The translations under genes were made by a program, and so were the position numbers. DNA of 64,000 nt. Source: Malacoraja senta. Lineage: Eukaryota. Position 1 is the first letter of the stretch, and each line of letters begins with the position of its first letter. The DNA is taken from NCBI GenBank assembly GCA_038087875.1, contig CM075993.1:9424001-9488000 (forward strand), read 5' to 3'. The notes below the pieces were generated by a model. That model was not told the DNA's origin. It made no database searches and was given only the letters and a program-made list of their open reading frames with translations. Below, in pieces: positions 1 through 11,989 of the stretch.

Positions 1-398
1 AACACTGCACAAGGCCTACCCACAACATTAAAAATTACAGCTGCACTATCTTTTACTACAAACTACAAATACCATTGTAACAAATCTAACAGATTTTTTA
101 AAAGAAAAATTACAGAAGGAAAATTAGACAGGCTTCATTTAATCAACCCTTCTTGATGTTTCTACTATAATAATAGCTAATTCCAAATGTTGTTCCAACA
201 AAAGTCTACCCCACTAACCTGAACTGATTTTCTGTATTGATTTCATCACATCTCAATTCAGCTAATACATTTCTATTTGAAAGGCATTAGGTTACAAATG
301 GCATTCAGATATCTGCATGTCAATTAACTGCTTTTTGACACTACCTGATTAAAATTAATTCAATCTTTAGCCACAAACTGAATTAAACTAAAAGAGTT

Positions 399-551
399 TA
401 AGAAGGAACTGCAGATGCTGGAAAATCAAAGGTAGACAAAAATACTGGAGAAACTCAGCGGGTGAGGCAGCATCTGTGGAGCGAAGGAAATAGGCAATGT
501 TTTGGGTCGAAACCCTTCTTCAGACCTTCTTTGCCTATTTGTCTACCTTAA
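399..551 (-). mobile_element. Penelope-like element pLTR/3'-end fragment with degenerate hammerhead motif (short inverted piece at right)
   Basis: Reverse complement of 495-525 reads GTCTGAAGAAGGGTTTCGACCCAAAACATTGC. The same repeat family directly follows a GIY-YIG ORF end at 39375-39812. Confidence 0.75.
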
Positions 552-731
552 ACTAAAAGAGAGTGTGAATTCTTATTTAAATAAGAATCTGAGTGCTTCA
601 TAGGACTTCAGCCCTTTTTCTTATTTAATTTTCCATGTCTAGCACTCAGCAAAGGTTCAGTATTAAGAACCCCGAGCTGAATGTACTGTATATATCAGAC
701 TTCAAATATAACTCGGACTCCTGGCACCTGC

Positions 732-1412
732 AGAAGTTTTCAGGTGACTGCAATAGTGGGCTGCATCGTTGATGGGAGGGAAGCTGAATACAGAGGTGTA
801 GTCAAAGACTTTGTTGAGTGGTGTGGGCTGAATCACCTGCAGCTCAATACCGACAAGACTAAGGAGTTAATGGTGGACTTTAGGAGGAGAGGAACACCCC
901 TGTCTCCATCAATGGTGTGGATGTGCAGTTTACCAGGGAGTACAAATACCTTGGAGTGTACCTGGACAGTAAACTAGACTGGTCCAGGAACGCTGAGGCC
1001 CTGTACAAGAAGGGACAGAGCCGGCTGTATTTTTTGAGAAGGCTCTGCTCCTTCAACGTCTGCAGTAAGATGCTGCAGGTGTTCTACCAATCGGTGGTAG
1101 ACAGTGCCATCATCTTCGCTGCCATGTGCTGAGGCAGCAGGGCAAAGGCCGCAGATGCCAATAGAATTAACAAACTCATCAGAAAGGTTGGCTCCATTCC
1201 TGGGGGCGGAGTTTGATTCATGGGAAGTGGTCTTGGAGGGGAGGATGCTCCTCAAACTGCATCCTGCACAATACAGCTCACCCCCTCCACGACACACTGG
1301 TCAACCTGAAGAGTACCTTCAGCAACAGACTGGTTCCACCAAGATGCAGGACAGAACGCCACAGGAGATCCTTCTGCCCTGTGGCCATCAAACTGTACAA
1401 CTCCTCCCCCTT
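732..1412 (+). mobile_element. Rex1/Babar non-LTR retrotransposon, RT C-terminal fragment (frameshifted)
   Basis: Peptides FVEWCGLNHLQLNTDKTKELMVDFRR, YKYLGVYLDSKLDWSRN..KKGQSRLYFLRRL and PLHDTL..RCRTERHRRSFCPVAIKLYN, typical of Rex1/Babar. Confidence 0.85.
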
Positions 1413-1417
1413 ATGTC

Positions 1418-1815
1418 GCTACGATACAATAAATCTTTATTCATCCCCGGAAGGAAATTGGTCTGTCACAGTCACAATAGACAACAAGGTACACAAAAAA
1501 CTTGAAATTAAAAGTAAAAACAAAAAGAAAAAGACAAGCGACTGTTGGCTGGCTGCCGTGTGCACAGCGCCTTCAAATGAACAAACAAACAAATAAACAC
1601 AGACTTATCCTCTGGGCAGAGGATTCCATAAACTAGAGTGCCCCCCCCTCACCGGGTCCCACTTTGTTCTCCCACTGTCCCTCACAGCGGTCCCCCCACG
1701 CCGGGTCCCCATTGTCTTCCCTTCCCCCCCCTCACGCTCATTGGCCGTTGAACGCGGGTCGATCGCGAGGCCCCACCACCGCCGGCCCTCGAGGCTCCCG
1801 TTGCCACCGTGGGGT
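1418..1815 (-). mobile_element. 3' part of a GC-rich non-autonomous retroposon with Rex1-type tail
   Basis: Minus strand ends in AATAAA plus a short-repeat tail; partly similar to the element at 44135-45004 (gggaggacaaagtgggac-like segment). Confidence 0.45.
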
Positions 1816-1825
1816 AGACTAAGAC

Positions 1826-1984
1826 TGAGACTGACTCCCCACTCCCACCCCACCCAATCTTTGCACATCCCCAATCCTTTCCACTCGTCACTTTAATTTC
1901 ATGTATTTTGTGTTTTTATGATTGTTGGCAGATCAATTTACCTCTTGGGACAAATAAAGTTCTATCATATCATATCGTATTGTA
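1826..1984 (+). mobile_element. Rex1-type 3' UTR with AATAAA and (TATCA/TATCG)n tail
   Basis: ...cctcttgggacaaataaagttctatcatatcatatcgtattgta; probably the continuation of the Rex1 copy at 732-1412. Confidence 0.55.
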
Positions 1985-3009
1985 AACATTGGAATAGAAT
2001 TATAATAGTAGCACTTGACTGCCACTATATATCATGGTGCTCCACTTCCTAATAGTCAATACAATAACTAATTTGATATTGTCTGAATCTAAGTGCCATG
2101 TCATCTGGCACATACATATTGTAGGAGCCATTAAGCTTAAGTCAGTATATTATAGTCAGGTCTAATATTTTTAGTTTTTATCTGTCTGTACTTTTGTAGA
2201 TGGGATTTGATATGTAGAAGGGGTGTGCCTATTTTTGGAGGAGACTTGCGCAGACTCACAGATTGGGAGTTCAGTTTAGACTCGGAGGATGGTGAGAATA
2301 CAGTTTCTTACCACGACATGATCACGACACATGTTCACGAGACGCTGCACCTTTAGAAGAAGAAACTCTTATATTATTTATGTGATACGAATGGAACACT
2401 ATTAAGAACGGAAAGTTACGAGTTATTTCTTTGTTTTGTATTACTTCAATAAAGACCAATTAATCAAGAAACAACGTTTGGAAGATTAGTTTTTGCTATC
2501 TTAAATGTGTCGTGATTGCATAAACTATAACTCTACCTCATCCCCGAGGAGTAATCGTTATAAAAGTTGAACTTTCAGAAGGTATAGAAACTGCCATTAT
2601 ACATATCAAATAGAAATTGCTGTTCTGATAAAAGGAGAATTTCCCATAATATATGAATTAAAATGGATAAGCAAACAAACAGGAGAGACATCAAATGTAA
2701 TTGTAAGAATTTCTGGTGAACATTCTTGTTAAGCAAATGAATTTTCAAAACGTTATTCAGAAAATGCGAGCAGCATTGGGGAGGCAAGAATTTAATGCCT
2801 AAAGTTATGGCTGAGATGCTGGCCCACTTCAGTTAATCATTGTCTCTTGAAACAGACCCAAGGATCATCATGACGCTTTATTCCTATAATTGTTCATGCT
2901 AGCTGATTATTATCATTATTTCTGCATGTTGCCTGCAGTAACTGTATGCTTGTTGGCTATAAACATAAGTAAGAGATCCAATATTGCTGATTTTCAGCAG
3001 TTTGTCAGT

Positions 3010-3330
3010 CTTAGGTCAGTTGGTAGCACTGTCACTTCTGAACCAGAAATTTGCAAGTTAATGTCCCAGGGTAATACTGAATACATGTTGCACACTTGCG
3101 GATGCTGTCTTTTGGATGTGATCTTAAACCAAAGACATAACTGATCACATGTCACTATTTTGTAGAACATGAGAAGTATACACTTGCACTGGACAATACT
3201 CTCGGAAATCTGGTCATTGTCTTATTACAGTTTGTGTTTGGCTAAATGATTGTTCAGCTTCAAATATTATAGCAGTGACTAAACCCCCAAAAGGCATAAT
3301 TTTTGTAAGACCTTTCAAAGTTCTGATATA
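3010..3330 (+). mobile_element. Old DeuSINE (SacSINE1-like) remnant
   Basis: tRNA-like head (ggtcagttggtagcactgtcacttctga) and Deu-domain-like gatgctgtcttttggatgtgatcttaaacc; related copies at 37180-37640 and 59535-59900. Confidence 0.5.
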
Positions 3331-3402
3331 ATGGAAGGTAGTTAAAACAAATCTCTCTTTCTCTTCAGTATAGAAATTTAGCTTGCACTTCTCGAAAGAG
3401 AA

Positions 3403-4028
3403 TAACAATAATAATAATGCATTTTATTTATGGGTGCCTTTCAGAACACTCAAGGACACCTTACAGTTGAAACAAGCAAATTACAAATATATAAATAAAA
3501 TGAAACAAAAACAACATCCATGAATTTGATAGAAAGTATAGTTACGTGGGATAGGCCAGACTGAATAGGTGAGTTTTGAGGGAGGTTTTAAAGGTGGGGA
3601 GAGACTCTATGGTACGGATGGATAGTGGGAGAGAGTTCCAGTGGCGAGGGGCAGAACGGCTGAAGGCTCTGAACCCCATCGTGGACAGGCGGACAGATAA
3701 AGTGGAGAGCAGGGAGAAAGAAGAGGATCGGAGAGTTCGGGATGGAGTGTAAGGCTGGAGGAGTTCAGAGAGGTATGGAGGAACGAGATTGTGGAGGGCT
3801 TTGAAAATGAGGAGGAGAATCTTAAAATCAATGCGGTATTGGACAGGGAGCCAGTGTAGTTGTTTGAGGAAGGAGTGATGTGTTCAGTGGATGGGGTTCT
3901 GGTGATAATGCGGGCAGCTGCGGTCTGGACCAATTGGAGTTTATGGATGGACGGTAAACCAGAGAGGAGAGAGTTACAATAATCAATACGGGAGGTGACA
4001 AGGGCATGGATGAGAGTAGCAGTGCTGT
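3403..4028 (-). mobile_element. L2 LINE 3' fragment
   Basis: [41 protein letters not shown]; minus strand ends taaataaaatgcattattattatt. Confidence 0.85.
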
Positions 4029-4033
4029 AATGA

Positions 4034-4480
4034 GTTTCACAAGTTGCATCTTTTCCTGGTGATGCATGTTGTGTTGGTTTTTCCTGTGTCAGCTGAGGTT
4101 GCAAAGGTATCTCAGTCTTCTCCGCATCTGGTGGTTTCTCTGGAGTTATGTGTGGGGGTAGTTCTCCGGTCTTCTTCAGATCCACTCGATTACATCGGAT
4201 TAGTAGTCCTGACTCTGCCTTGACTTCGTATGATCTCTCATCCAGTCGTTTCTGAACTGTTGCTCTCTGTCATCTGGTATCGCCTAGTTTATAGGGTTTG
4301 AGTCTTATGACATCACCTTCTTCCAGGATTGGCAGATCCTTGGCATGTTGGTTGTAGATCTTTGACTGTTTTCCTTGCAAATCCTTCATCTTTTTCCTCT
4401 CTTCCGTGAGTAGCTCAGCACCACGTGGTTTGAGGAGGTTTGATGTAGTTGGAAGTGTCGTTCTTGTTCTCCTTCCATCG
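4034..4480 (-). mobile_element. Gypsy/Ty3 LTR retrotransposon integrase C-terminal fragment
   Basis: RRTRTTLPTTSNLLKP..KQSKIYNQHAKDLPILEEGDVIRLKP, followed by a RSYEV...[10 protein letters not shown]-type tail (Mag/K02A2.6-like). Confidence 0.75.
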
Positions 4481-4481
4481 G

Positions 4482-4750
4482 GTGTAGCTGCGCGTGGCAG
4501 CCTCGCCAGCAGTCTGTTTGTCATTTCACCCTTTTTGTTATTTTTAGTCTGTTTAACAGTAAGTTTTTGGAGGTTTCTTAGTCTTTTTTATGTGGGGTGG
4601 TGGGGAGGGGAAGGGGAAAACCGTTTCTCAGTCACTTCCTGGTTGAGGATGCGTCTATTCTCCGAGTTGCATCTTCGCCCCCTCCCCCCCACCCTCTCGC
4701 AGCCTACCATCTGGATTGGCGCAGCCTTTCCTGCCGGAGACCGGCCAGAG
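4482..4750 (+). mobile_element. 5' part of the same non-autonomous retroposon family as 44135-45004
   Basis: ctttttgttatttttagtctgtttaa...ggggaaaaccgtttctcagtcacttcctgg..gaggatgcg.ctattctccgag matches the reverse complement of 44760-44960. Confidence 0.7.
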
Positions 4751-5264
4751 CTTCCCTCTCTCTCCCTCCCTCTCTCTCTCTCCCTCTCCCTCTCTCTCTC
4801 CCTCTGTCCCTCTCTCCCTCTCTCTCTCCCTCGATGGCAGCACGCAGCATTCTCCTCCAAGCTTCTGCTGCCGTTACCGTTTGCAACCTCTCCTTCAAGC
4901 TGTCGCTGCCGTTACCGTTGGCAATGTCCCATGGTGATGTCATTGTCGCACTCGGCAGCTTGTGTAAATGAGAGCCCATTGTGATTGGTGGACTGTGAGA
5001 TGGCATTGTGACATAATTACTGGAAGCTGCTGGCAGACTCTCTCAGAAGCTGTTTTTGGCTTAAATTTTTTTTTAATTCATCAATAACTTGTGACATATA
5101 GCATAAAATCTGAAGGGAACCTGATTATAGCGAGGACTGGAAAAATGTGAGTAAGATTCTGTAAAATGTTCAGCGCTAATGCATAGCGTTTTGGCGAAGA
5201 TACAAAAACACAGACAGACACGCACGCACACACATACGAGATGAGACTTTTGTAAGTATATAGA
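4750..5264 (-). mobile_element. Non-autonomous Helitron copy A (5' end present, 3' end lost)
   Basis: Minus strand starts A|TCTATATACTTACAAAAGTCTCATCTC at 5264, like the 5' end of the complete copy at 62695. Internal tgatgtcattg..gtaaatgag..cccattgtga module is shared with copy B. Confidence 0.65.
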
Positions 5265-6045
5265 TACTAGCCCAAGTGGGACCCGTTGTGCCCTATTCCC
5301 CTAACCCAATAATCCATCACTCAACCGGGGGCGGCGTCGGAGGAACGTTCTGGAATATATTTGTAAAACGTGGCGGGGCGGCGTCTGCGCTCCCCGGAGC
5401 CAATGCATGGACTCGACTTGTGTCACCGGAGCCAATCAATCCTTCCCACGTGGGGGGGGGGGGGGGGGGAGGGGGTGGCGTGAGGGGAAAGTTCTGGAAT
5501 CTTTTTTTGTAAAACGCCAATCCCATGTGAAAAACACCCACCCACATCCCACCCCCCCACAAGAAAAGTTCTGGAAATCAAACCTCTCCCCTATTCCACC
5601 CACCCCCCACACACTAACCACCCCACACACACTAACCCCCCACCCCACGCACACTAACCCCTCCAACACCCCCCCACACACACACTAAGTCCCCCCACAT
5701 ACACACTACCCCCCCACTCACTAAACCCCCTCACACACTAACCCCCCTCACACACACAACCCCCCTCACACACACAACCCCCCACACACGCACTAACCAC
5801 CCCCCACACACACACACACAAACCCCCCTCACACACACTAACCCCCCACACACACTAACCCACCCCCCACACACTAACCCCCCCACACACACTAACCCCC
5901 CTCCCCACACACACAAACCCCCCCACACACACTAATTACACGCTTATCCCTTTGTGATGTCATTGGCAGCTTATATAAATGAGATCCCATTGTGACTTCA
6001 TAGCTTCTAACTGCCAGAATTTTCAATCCAACTTTTAAATATCAA

Positions 6046-6873
6046 CTAGACTAAGTGGGACCCGTTGGGTCCCAGTCACACGGGAGGCCTGGTCCCCCAA
6101 CGCAACCCATTCCCCAATGCAATATTCCACCATGGTGTGGGAGAGGGGGTGGTGTGGGGGGGAGGGTGGTGGGGGGGAGAGCGTGGTGTGGGGAGGAGGG
6201 GGTGTTGTGGGAGGGGTGGTGTGGGGGGTGGGGTGATGTGGGGGGGTGGGGTGTTGTGGGGGTGTGGGATGGTGTGGGCTGATGGGGGTCGAGTGGTGTA
6301 GGGGGGAAGGGGGGAGGAACGGGTAGGGGTAAAAGGGGGGTGTGGGTAGGAGGGGGAGGGGGGTTGTGGGTGTGGAGGGGGCGGGGGGTGTGTGGGGGGG
6401 AGTTACTCCGCTCAGCGGCCACCAGCCGCGGCACCACACAGCACCTCCCGGCTCCACTCAGCGGCTTCCCCGACTCCACTCAGCGGCTTCCCCGACTCCA
6501 CACAGCGGCTTCCCCGACTCCACTCAGCGGCTTCCCCGACTCCACTCTTGCGGGCTCACTCAGCACGGCTTGTGGACTCAGCCCCGCCTCCGGGACTTTA
6601 TTCTCCTCGCCCCGGTGATTGACAGCTGGTGCCGGAAGGGGCGTTACCCTCATGGTGAATGACAGGAGAGAAGACCAATCTGCTGATCTCACGATTTTTT
6701 AAACCTTCATAACTTTTGTAATATTCCACCGGTCGGAACAAAACTTGGTGCGCTTGGAGCAGAGGAGTACGGTGACTAATGTGGCCGAAAAATCCTAGGG
6801 TGCCGTTTTTGCGCAAATTTTTTAAAAAAGAAACCGGAAGAGGACAAGATGAGAGTTTTAGTAATAGTATAGA
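6046..6873 (-). mobile_element. Non-autonomous Helitron copy C, both termini present
   Basis: 5' TCTATACTATTACTAAAACTCTCATCTTG at 6873; perfect 3' hairpin GGGACCC-AAC-GGGTCCC 7 nt before CTAG|T (6046-6049). Internal G-rich tract and a 22-bp tandem repeat (cactcagcggcttccccgactc) at ~6454-6547. Confidence 0.8.
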
Positions 6874-6897
6874 GAGGTATATAGAGATAGATAGATA

Positions 6898-6942
6898 GAA
6901 GAAGAAGAAGAAGAAGAAGAAGAAGAAGAAGAAGAAGAAGAA
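6898..6942 (+). repeat. (GAA)15 microsatellite
   Basis: Pure GAA run flanked by GATA repeats. Confidence 0.95.
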
Positions 6943-7339
6943 GATAGATAACATGAAATATAACATCAAACTTGACACGATCGACCACGGGACAAAGGTG
7001 AGTAAGGTGGGTGACAGCTGAGATTCCATTGTGATGTCATTGTCGGGTGGCAGAATGTTCACAGCAGTGTATGTAAATGAGATCCCTTTGTGATTGGAGG
7101 ATTGTGACATGCCATTGTGAGTTATTCTTCTCAAAGTGGGCTTTTTTAAACGTTTAAATGTCAATAACTTGTGAAATATAACATCAATCTGAAGGAAACT
7201 TTATACCAACGGCCACGGGACAAAGGTGAGTAAGGTGGTCCAAAAATGTTTGCGCTATTTTGTACCATTTTGGCGTAGTTCCTTGAGCTCACTCACACGC
7301 AGACATGCATCCAAACAAGACAAGACTTTTAGTAATATA

Positions 7340-7532
7340 CTAGCCCAAGTGGGACCCGTTGGGCCTCGTTCCCCCAACGCAATAATCCACCACTCACCCG
7401 GGGACGGCGTTGGAGGAAAGTTCTGGAATCTTTTTTTGTAAAACACTGCGCTCCCCAGAGCCAATGAATGGACTCGACTTGGGTCCCCGGAGGCAATCAA
7501 TCCTTCCCACGTGGAGGGGGTGGGGTGGGGGC
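7340..7532 (-). mobile_element. Helitron copy D, 3' end only, inserted in the 5' terminus of copy B
   Basis: CTAG at 7340-7343 with hairpin; 7340-7520 closely matches 5267-5460. Confidence 0.7.
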
Positions 7533-7639
7533 GACTTTGTCCCTTCTGTGGCTCTTATTGTAGTGATGCACAATGGCTGTGGTAGAACTGGGAATTGTTG
7601 TCAGGGGCCAGGTAAATGGAAGCAAGTCTAAGTTCTATT

Positions 7640-7913
7640 TTTAGATTAATTTAGTTTAGTGGAAACAAGCCCTTTGGCCCACCAAGTCTGCACCGACCAT
7701 TGACTACTCTATTTTTACGTTATCCCACTTTCTCATTCATTCCCTACACACTAGGGGTGATTTACAGGGGTTAATTAATCTCCAAACCCATGTCTTTAGG
7801 ATGTGGGAGTAAACTGGAGCACCCAGAGGAAACCCATGTGGTCACAGGGAGAATGTGCAAGCTCCGCACAGACAGCACCTGAATCAGGATCAAACCCGGG
7901 TCTCTGGTGTTGT
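7640..7913 (-). mobile_element. HE1-type tRNA-derived V-SINE
   Basis: V-domain (reverse complement of tgtgggagtaaactggagcacccagaggaaacccatgtggtcacagggaga), B box and CR1-like tail. Confidence 0.85.
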
Positions 7914-8421
7914 CTCTCCAGATGGCATGTCAGTTGTAAAAGTAAATGTTCTTCCTGGAAATATGGCCTTCACTAGTAGGCACTACTTTTTCTCAAGATT
8001 CATAATCACCTGAAAATTGAGAGAGTGTTAAACTTTCCTATAAATGTAGAGGCTTGTTACATCACTGAGCCTATACGGACACATGGATCCAATCAATGCT
8101 TGAACTGCTAACCGTTCCTTATAGGTCCTATTTTAGGTCACCTTTTTGGATGAAAACATGAACAGTTTCTAATGTATTTTTTACAAATTCCACAATTTTA
8201 TTTCATGATGTCCAATTGGGGAGTTAGTTTTCTACACAGCACAGGTTTGGCACACCAAGAAATGCAGTTTTTGGCAAATGTGTATACCTAGATTATCACT
8301 TGCTCTGCTATGAAATAGAACACCTGTCACTAAGGCTGCACAGGGGCACCGATTAATGTCTTTTTGAGGCCTGATTGCAACTTTGAGTTGAATAAAGATA
8401 TGGCCCGAAGATGTTAATTTC

Positions 8422-9976
8422 CATGTGCGGACGGGACGTCGAAGGACGACGAAGGCACGACGTCGAAAGGATACGAACCTGAACGGACTCCACGCCGAAA
8501 GGACAATACCCAGAACGGACATGACATCGAAAAGCCGTCGAACGGACATGACGTCTCCGGGGGTGGGATTTTTCGGAGACCTTGTCAGCGATTGGTCCAG
8601 ACCCTCGCGTCCGTCACATCACTGGCCGGGGGAGACGGGAGGGTGGGGGGGGGGGATTTTTAATTCTCCTTCGCCGCTTTTGGATTTTCCTGAATATAAA
8701 ATAAAACCCCGTGTGATTGGAACTTTCAGTTGATTTAACAAAATGATAATCCAAATTGGTTCCATAGATATTTACACCAACAGTAACGCTGTAACAATTA
8801 TATTGTGACTACCACAACACATACACAATCGAGAAACCAGACGAAAAAATATTACTGTTTTAAAAAAAAAATATCTTAGCTCCCCGAGTCGGTTTGGTCT
8901 GAAGAAGGGTCTCGACCTGAAACATCACCCATCATACTTCTCTCCGGGTATGCTGCCAGTACCGGCTGAGTTACTCAAGCATTTTGTGTCTATTTCTTAG
9001 AACCGCCCTGCGACCTGGAGCTTTGGTTGCAATGTTGGATAATGTCTTTTAGGAGGAGCAAAGGCTGAGAGGAGATTTGGTTCAAAATCATCATGGGCAG
9101 AGGGATTAAGGTGGAATGGGTTGCACTGGAGTTTGGGCTGTTTGATCTAATGTTTTGATTTCATTGCACAGTATTTTTCTTTTCACTGTCTTGTACAATT
9201 TATGTTTAATTTAATTATGTTTTCATGTGTTGTATATGTGTGCCTGTGATGCTGCTGTAAGCAAGTTTTTCATTGTTCAATACACTTGCACATCCGAAAA
9301 TAAACTAGTCTTGAGAACTGGAGACCATTGACTTTAAGTGGTTGTCAAAAGAAACAGGGATGTCGCGAAGAAAAAAATAATGAGTAACTAGGATCAGAAT
9401 CCAAAGCCTGACGAGGTAGAAGGACCTTTAATCGTGTTTTTTATATGCGATATGGACAGCAGACAATCCACCTCTCCCATCCCACCATCAGTCCAAACCA
9501 GTTACATAATTCCATACAATGCTTCCACGGGATCTATATTCCACAGAGATACAAAGAGTACTTGTGAATAGACACAAAATGCCTGGAGAGAAGGAATGGG
9601 TGATGTTTCGGTCGAACCCTCCCATCTCCCCCCCACTCTCCTGTCTCCCCCGGCCAGTGATGTGAAGGACGCAGGGGTCTGGACCAATCGCTGACAAGGT
9701 CTCGGACAAATCCCGTCCCCGGAGAAGTCATGTCCGTTCGGCGGCTTTTCGACATCATGTCCGTTCTGCATGTTGTCATTTCGGCGTGGAGTCTGTTCAG
9801 ATTCGTATCCTTTTGGCGTTGTGCCCTTTCAGTTATTTGGCTGTTAGGCATCGTGCCCTTTCGGTTATTTGGCTTTTAGGCATCGTGTCCGTTCGGTTAT
9901 TTGGCTTATCGGCGTCGTTTCCGTATCTTGGCTTCCACTTCAGCTTCTCATCCTTCGACGTCCAGTCCGGGTACCG
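8422..9976. mobile_element. Foldback/MULE-like non-autonomous DNA transposon with long, CpG-rich, modular TIRs
   Basis: Arms 8422-8640 and 9640-9976 are inverted and built of degenerate ~20-bp ccgaa/acggac subrepeats. Direct repeat (G)TTAATTTC at 8413/8414-8421 and 9976/9977-9984 is an 8-9 bp TSD. Confidence 0.7.
8899..8927 (+). ncRNA. Minimal type I hammerhead ribozyme motif in a Penelope pLTR (best-preserved core in the window)
   Basis: CTGAAGA-A-GGGT-CTCG-ACCT-GAAA-C-ATC-A: CUGANGA, stem II, GAAA and a UH site. Helix I is only 2-3 bp; activity is untested. Confidence 0.6.
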
Positions 9977-11535
9977 TTAATTTCATTCACTTTTTGTATA
10001 CAGTTTTCCAGAATGAAGCCTTTGTAAATCCATTCTTTGGAAAGTGAACCAAAATGCACACACGTGACCAGATGTCATCATGAAGTGATACATTAAAAAA
10101 CTCTTGTAAGAGATTAATCTTATTCATTACTATTTTCATACCTACAGAACTATAATGCATCTGCTAAAGATATGAACATTCTACCTTTTTAAAATTCACA
10201 GTTTGTAAAATGCTTCCGTTTGATGTCACACACATGACCAGTCATATTTGACTTCTTACCCTAAACAAACATTGTCAGCATAACATAAAATGTTCACTTG
10301 ATAAACCGAAAAGAATATGAATCATATATGCAGTACAAAACAATATACCTGTAATGCTTTCAGAATTAGAAGAGATGCATTCCACAATTTTTCATCTTTT
10401 TGGTCGCACACGTGACTAAGAATGTGCCTAATGAGAAGTGTTTTTTTATTGGCCTTGTGATTGGATTTATTTTTTTAATATCATGACTTAAACCGTACCG
10501 TGACTTTGTGGGTAATAAATCTGTGTCCAGTGTGTAAAAAGCGAATGATATGTTAACTACTGGTTTCCTAACGTTTGGGAATCTGGGCAATTGAATTAAA
10601 AAAACACCCAAATAAACGTACCCTAGCACAAAGTCAAGTATAATCAGAATGGCAGGAGTCTTAATATATTTTGGCAAAAAGGGCCATAAAACTACCTTTT
10701 CTACCCTGTATTTTTCAGAAAAGTAACACAACTCAAGAGATTTGAACTTTGTCACCTCAGTTAACCTTTTCTTTTCTTCTCAGTCTTTTCCCATGCCTTT
10801 TGTTTTCCTTGGCTACAAAGGTCTTTTTTGGTTCCCATTTAATATTTTGTTCTTGTCTATAAGAACTATTGCCAATTGAGTGGAAAAGAGCCAAAACAGT
10901 TTGAGATGTTTTTCAACTTGAAATGCTGTTGTAATTGTACAAACGCAAATCTGATTTACTTAAGCACAGTGCGATATGTACTATGGATGATGTCCTCTGT
11001 AAATGAAAGCATAATCTGATTTTGGTTATGGTGCATTCAATATTTTAATAAAGTTATTGAGAAAAATACTTTTATTGACTATACCTGAAAAGTGTTATTC
11101 ATCAAGATTTTTTACTCTTTTAATATGTTCCATTACAAAAAACGGTAATTTTATCCAGAATATGAATACTATAGTACACTAGCAGATGTGTATATGCTGC
11201 AGGGACCAGTTTGTCCAAAGATCTGACAGTATGGCATTTGTATTCTGCAAGGGTATGTATAACTTTGTCCAAAGATCTCAGCCAACACAAATATGGCCAG
11301 ATCAGAGCAACATGCTAGAAAGAGGCTTTCTGTAACTGCATAAATGTAAGGGAATGTTAGAAAACACAAGATGTTGAAGTTTTGCTAGTAGAAAGGGATG
11401 TCTGAGGATTAATTTCTGGAAAGACTTTTGACCAATTCTGAAAATTCTGTTTTTAATTTCTCTCTCTCTAACATGCACTCACACACACACTTGAAAATTT
11501 TATATTGATTTTTTTCCAAAAAGGCTTTATATCAA

Positions 11536-11985
11536 TGTTGTGTTCGATAAATCATTGGATTCAGACAACAGAGTTTGATTCACTCAGTAATGTATTACAC
11601 TACTAAACAAGGCACTTACACTCACGTATCCTCGAATATTCCTGAACGCACTCGCAAACTCCAATTACACAGCAGAGCACGCCGCAGGGTGTTTCTACAT
11701 TCATTCGCGTAAACCCGTACACACTCGCAAACTCATCAGAGCACGCCACATGATGTTTTGTTCTTAATCACCTGGCACCGTGCGCAACACGGTTGAAGGC
11801 TGAGGTTCTCTCACCGAAAGGGCGGCCAACACCAATCTTTATGGCATTTCTTATCAGAGCAGACCACACCACTGCCCCCTCCCTGAGCTAATCATAAGCC
11901 CCCCTTGTCTGCAACGTTTCTGCGCTACTAGCAGCAGGGGACGCGGGTGGTCTACCCAACTATTGCTGTTGTGTTTTGTGTTACA
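11536..11985 (-). mobile_element. 3' LTR (~450 bp) of an ERV-L-like element
   Basis: Minus strand TGTAACAC...GAACACAACA, preceded by the purine tract GGATGGGGTTAC; internal short direct repeats; AATACA near the end. Confidence 0.65.
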
Positions 11986-11989
11986 GTAA

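Larger units (their letters stand above)
5267..7339 (-). mobile_element. Non-autonomous Helitron copy B, interrupted by copy C; contains a (CCCCCACACACACTAA)n-like minisatellite at ~5600-5935
   Basis: 3' end on minus strand ..caacgggtcccacttgggCTAG|T at 5267; 5'-type sequence TATATTACTAAAAGTCTTGTCTTG ending at 7339. Confidence 0.65.

Noticed and set aside
2148-2563. Possible degraded solo LTR (TATTATAG...CGTTATAA, AATAAA at ~2448)
   Set aside because: The termini are not TG..CA and no TSD is visible, so support is too weak.
6454-6547. 22-bp direct repeats that might suggest a CRISPR array
   Set aside because: The repeats are contiguous with no unique spacers and no cas genes, in a vertebrate context. 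The resemblance to the 57-kb minisatellite unit (GFPDS) is short and probably chance.
4406-7164. Many 70-190 aa ORFs rich in S/L/P, R/E/G or poly-F/L
   Set aside because: They are translations of CT, GT, G-rich and GAA low-complexity tracts inside Helitrons, not genes.
9985-10762. AT-rich segment with repeated CAC[GA]TGAC and a 129-aa minus-strand ORF, possibly a DNA-transposon body hosting the foldback element
   Set aside because: I could not identify TIRs, a TSD or a transposase motif.
11680-11750. Hammerhead-like CTGATGAG...stem...GAA on the minus strand of the ERV LTR
   Set aside because: The stem GTTTGCG/CGCGAAT is followed by GAAT, not GAAA, and I could not find stems I or III. It is better explained by the LTR's internal direct repeats.
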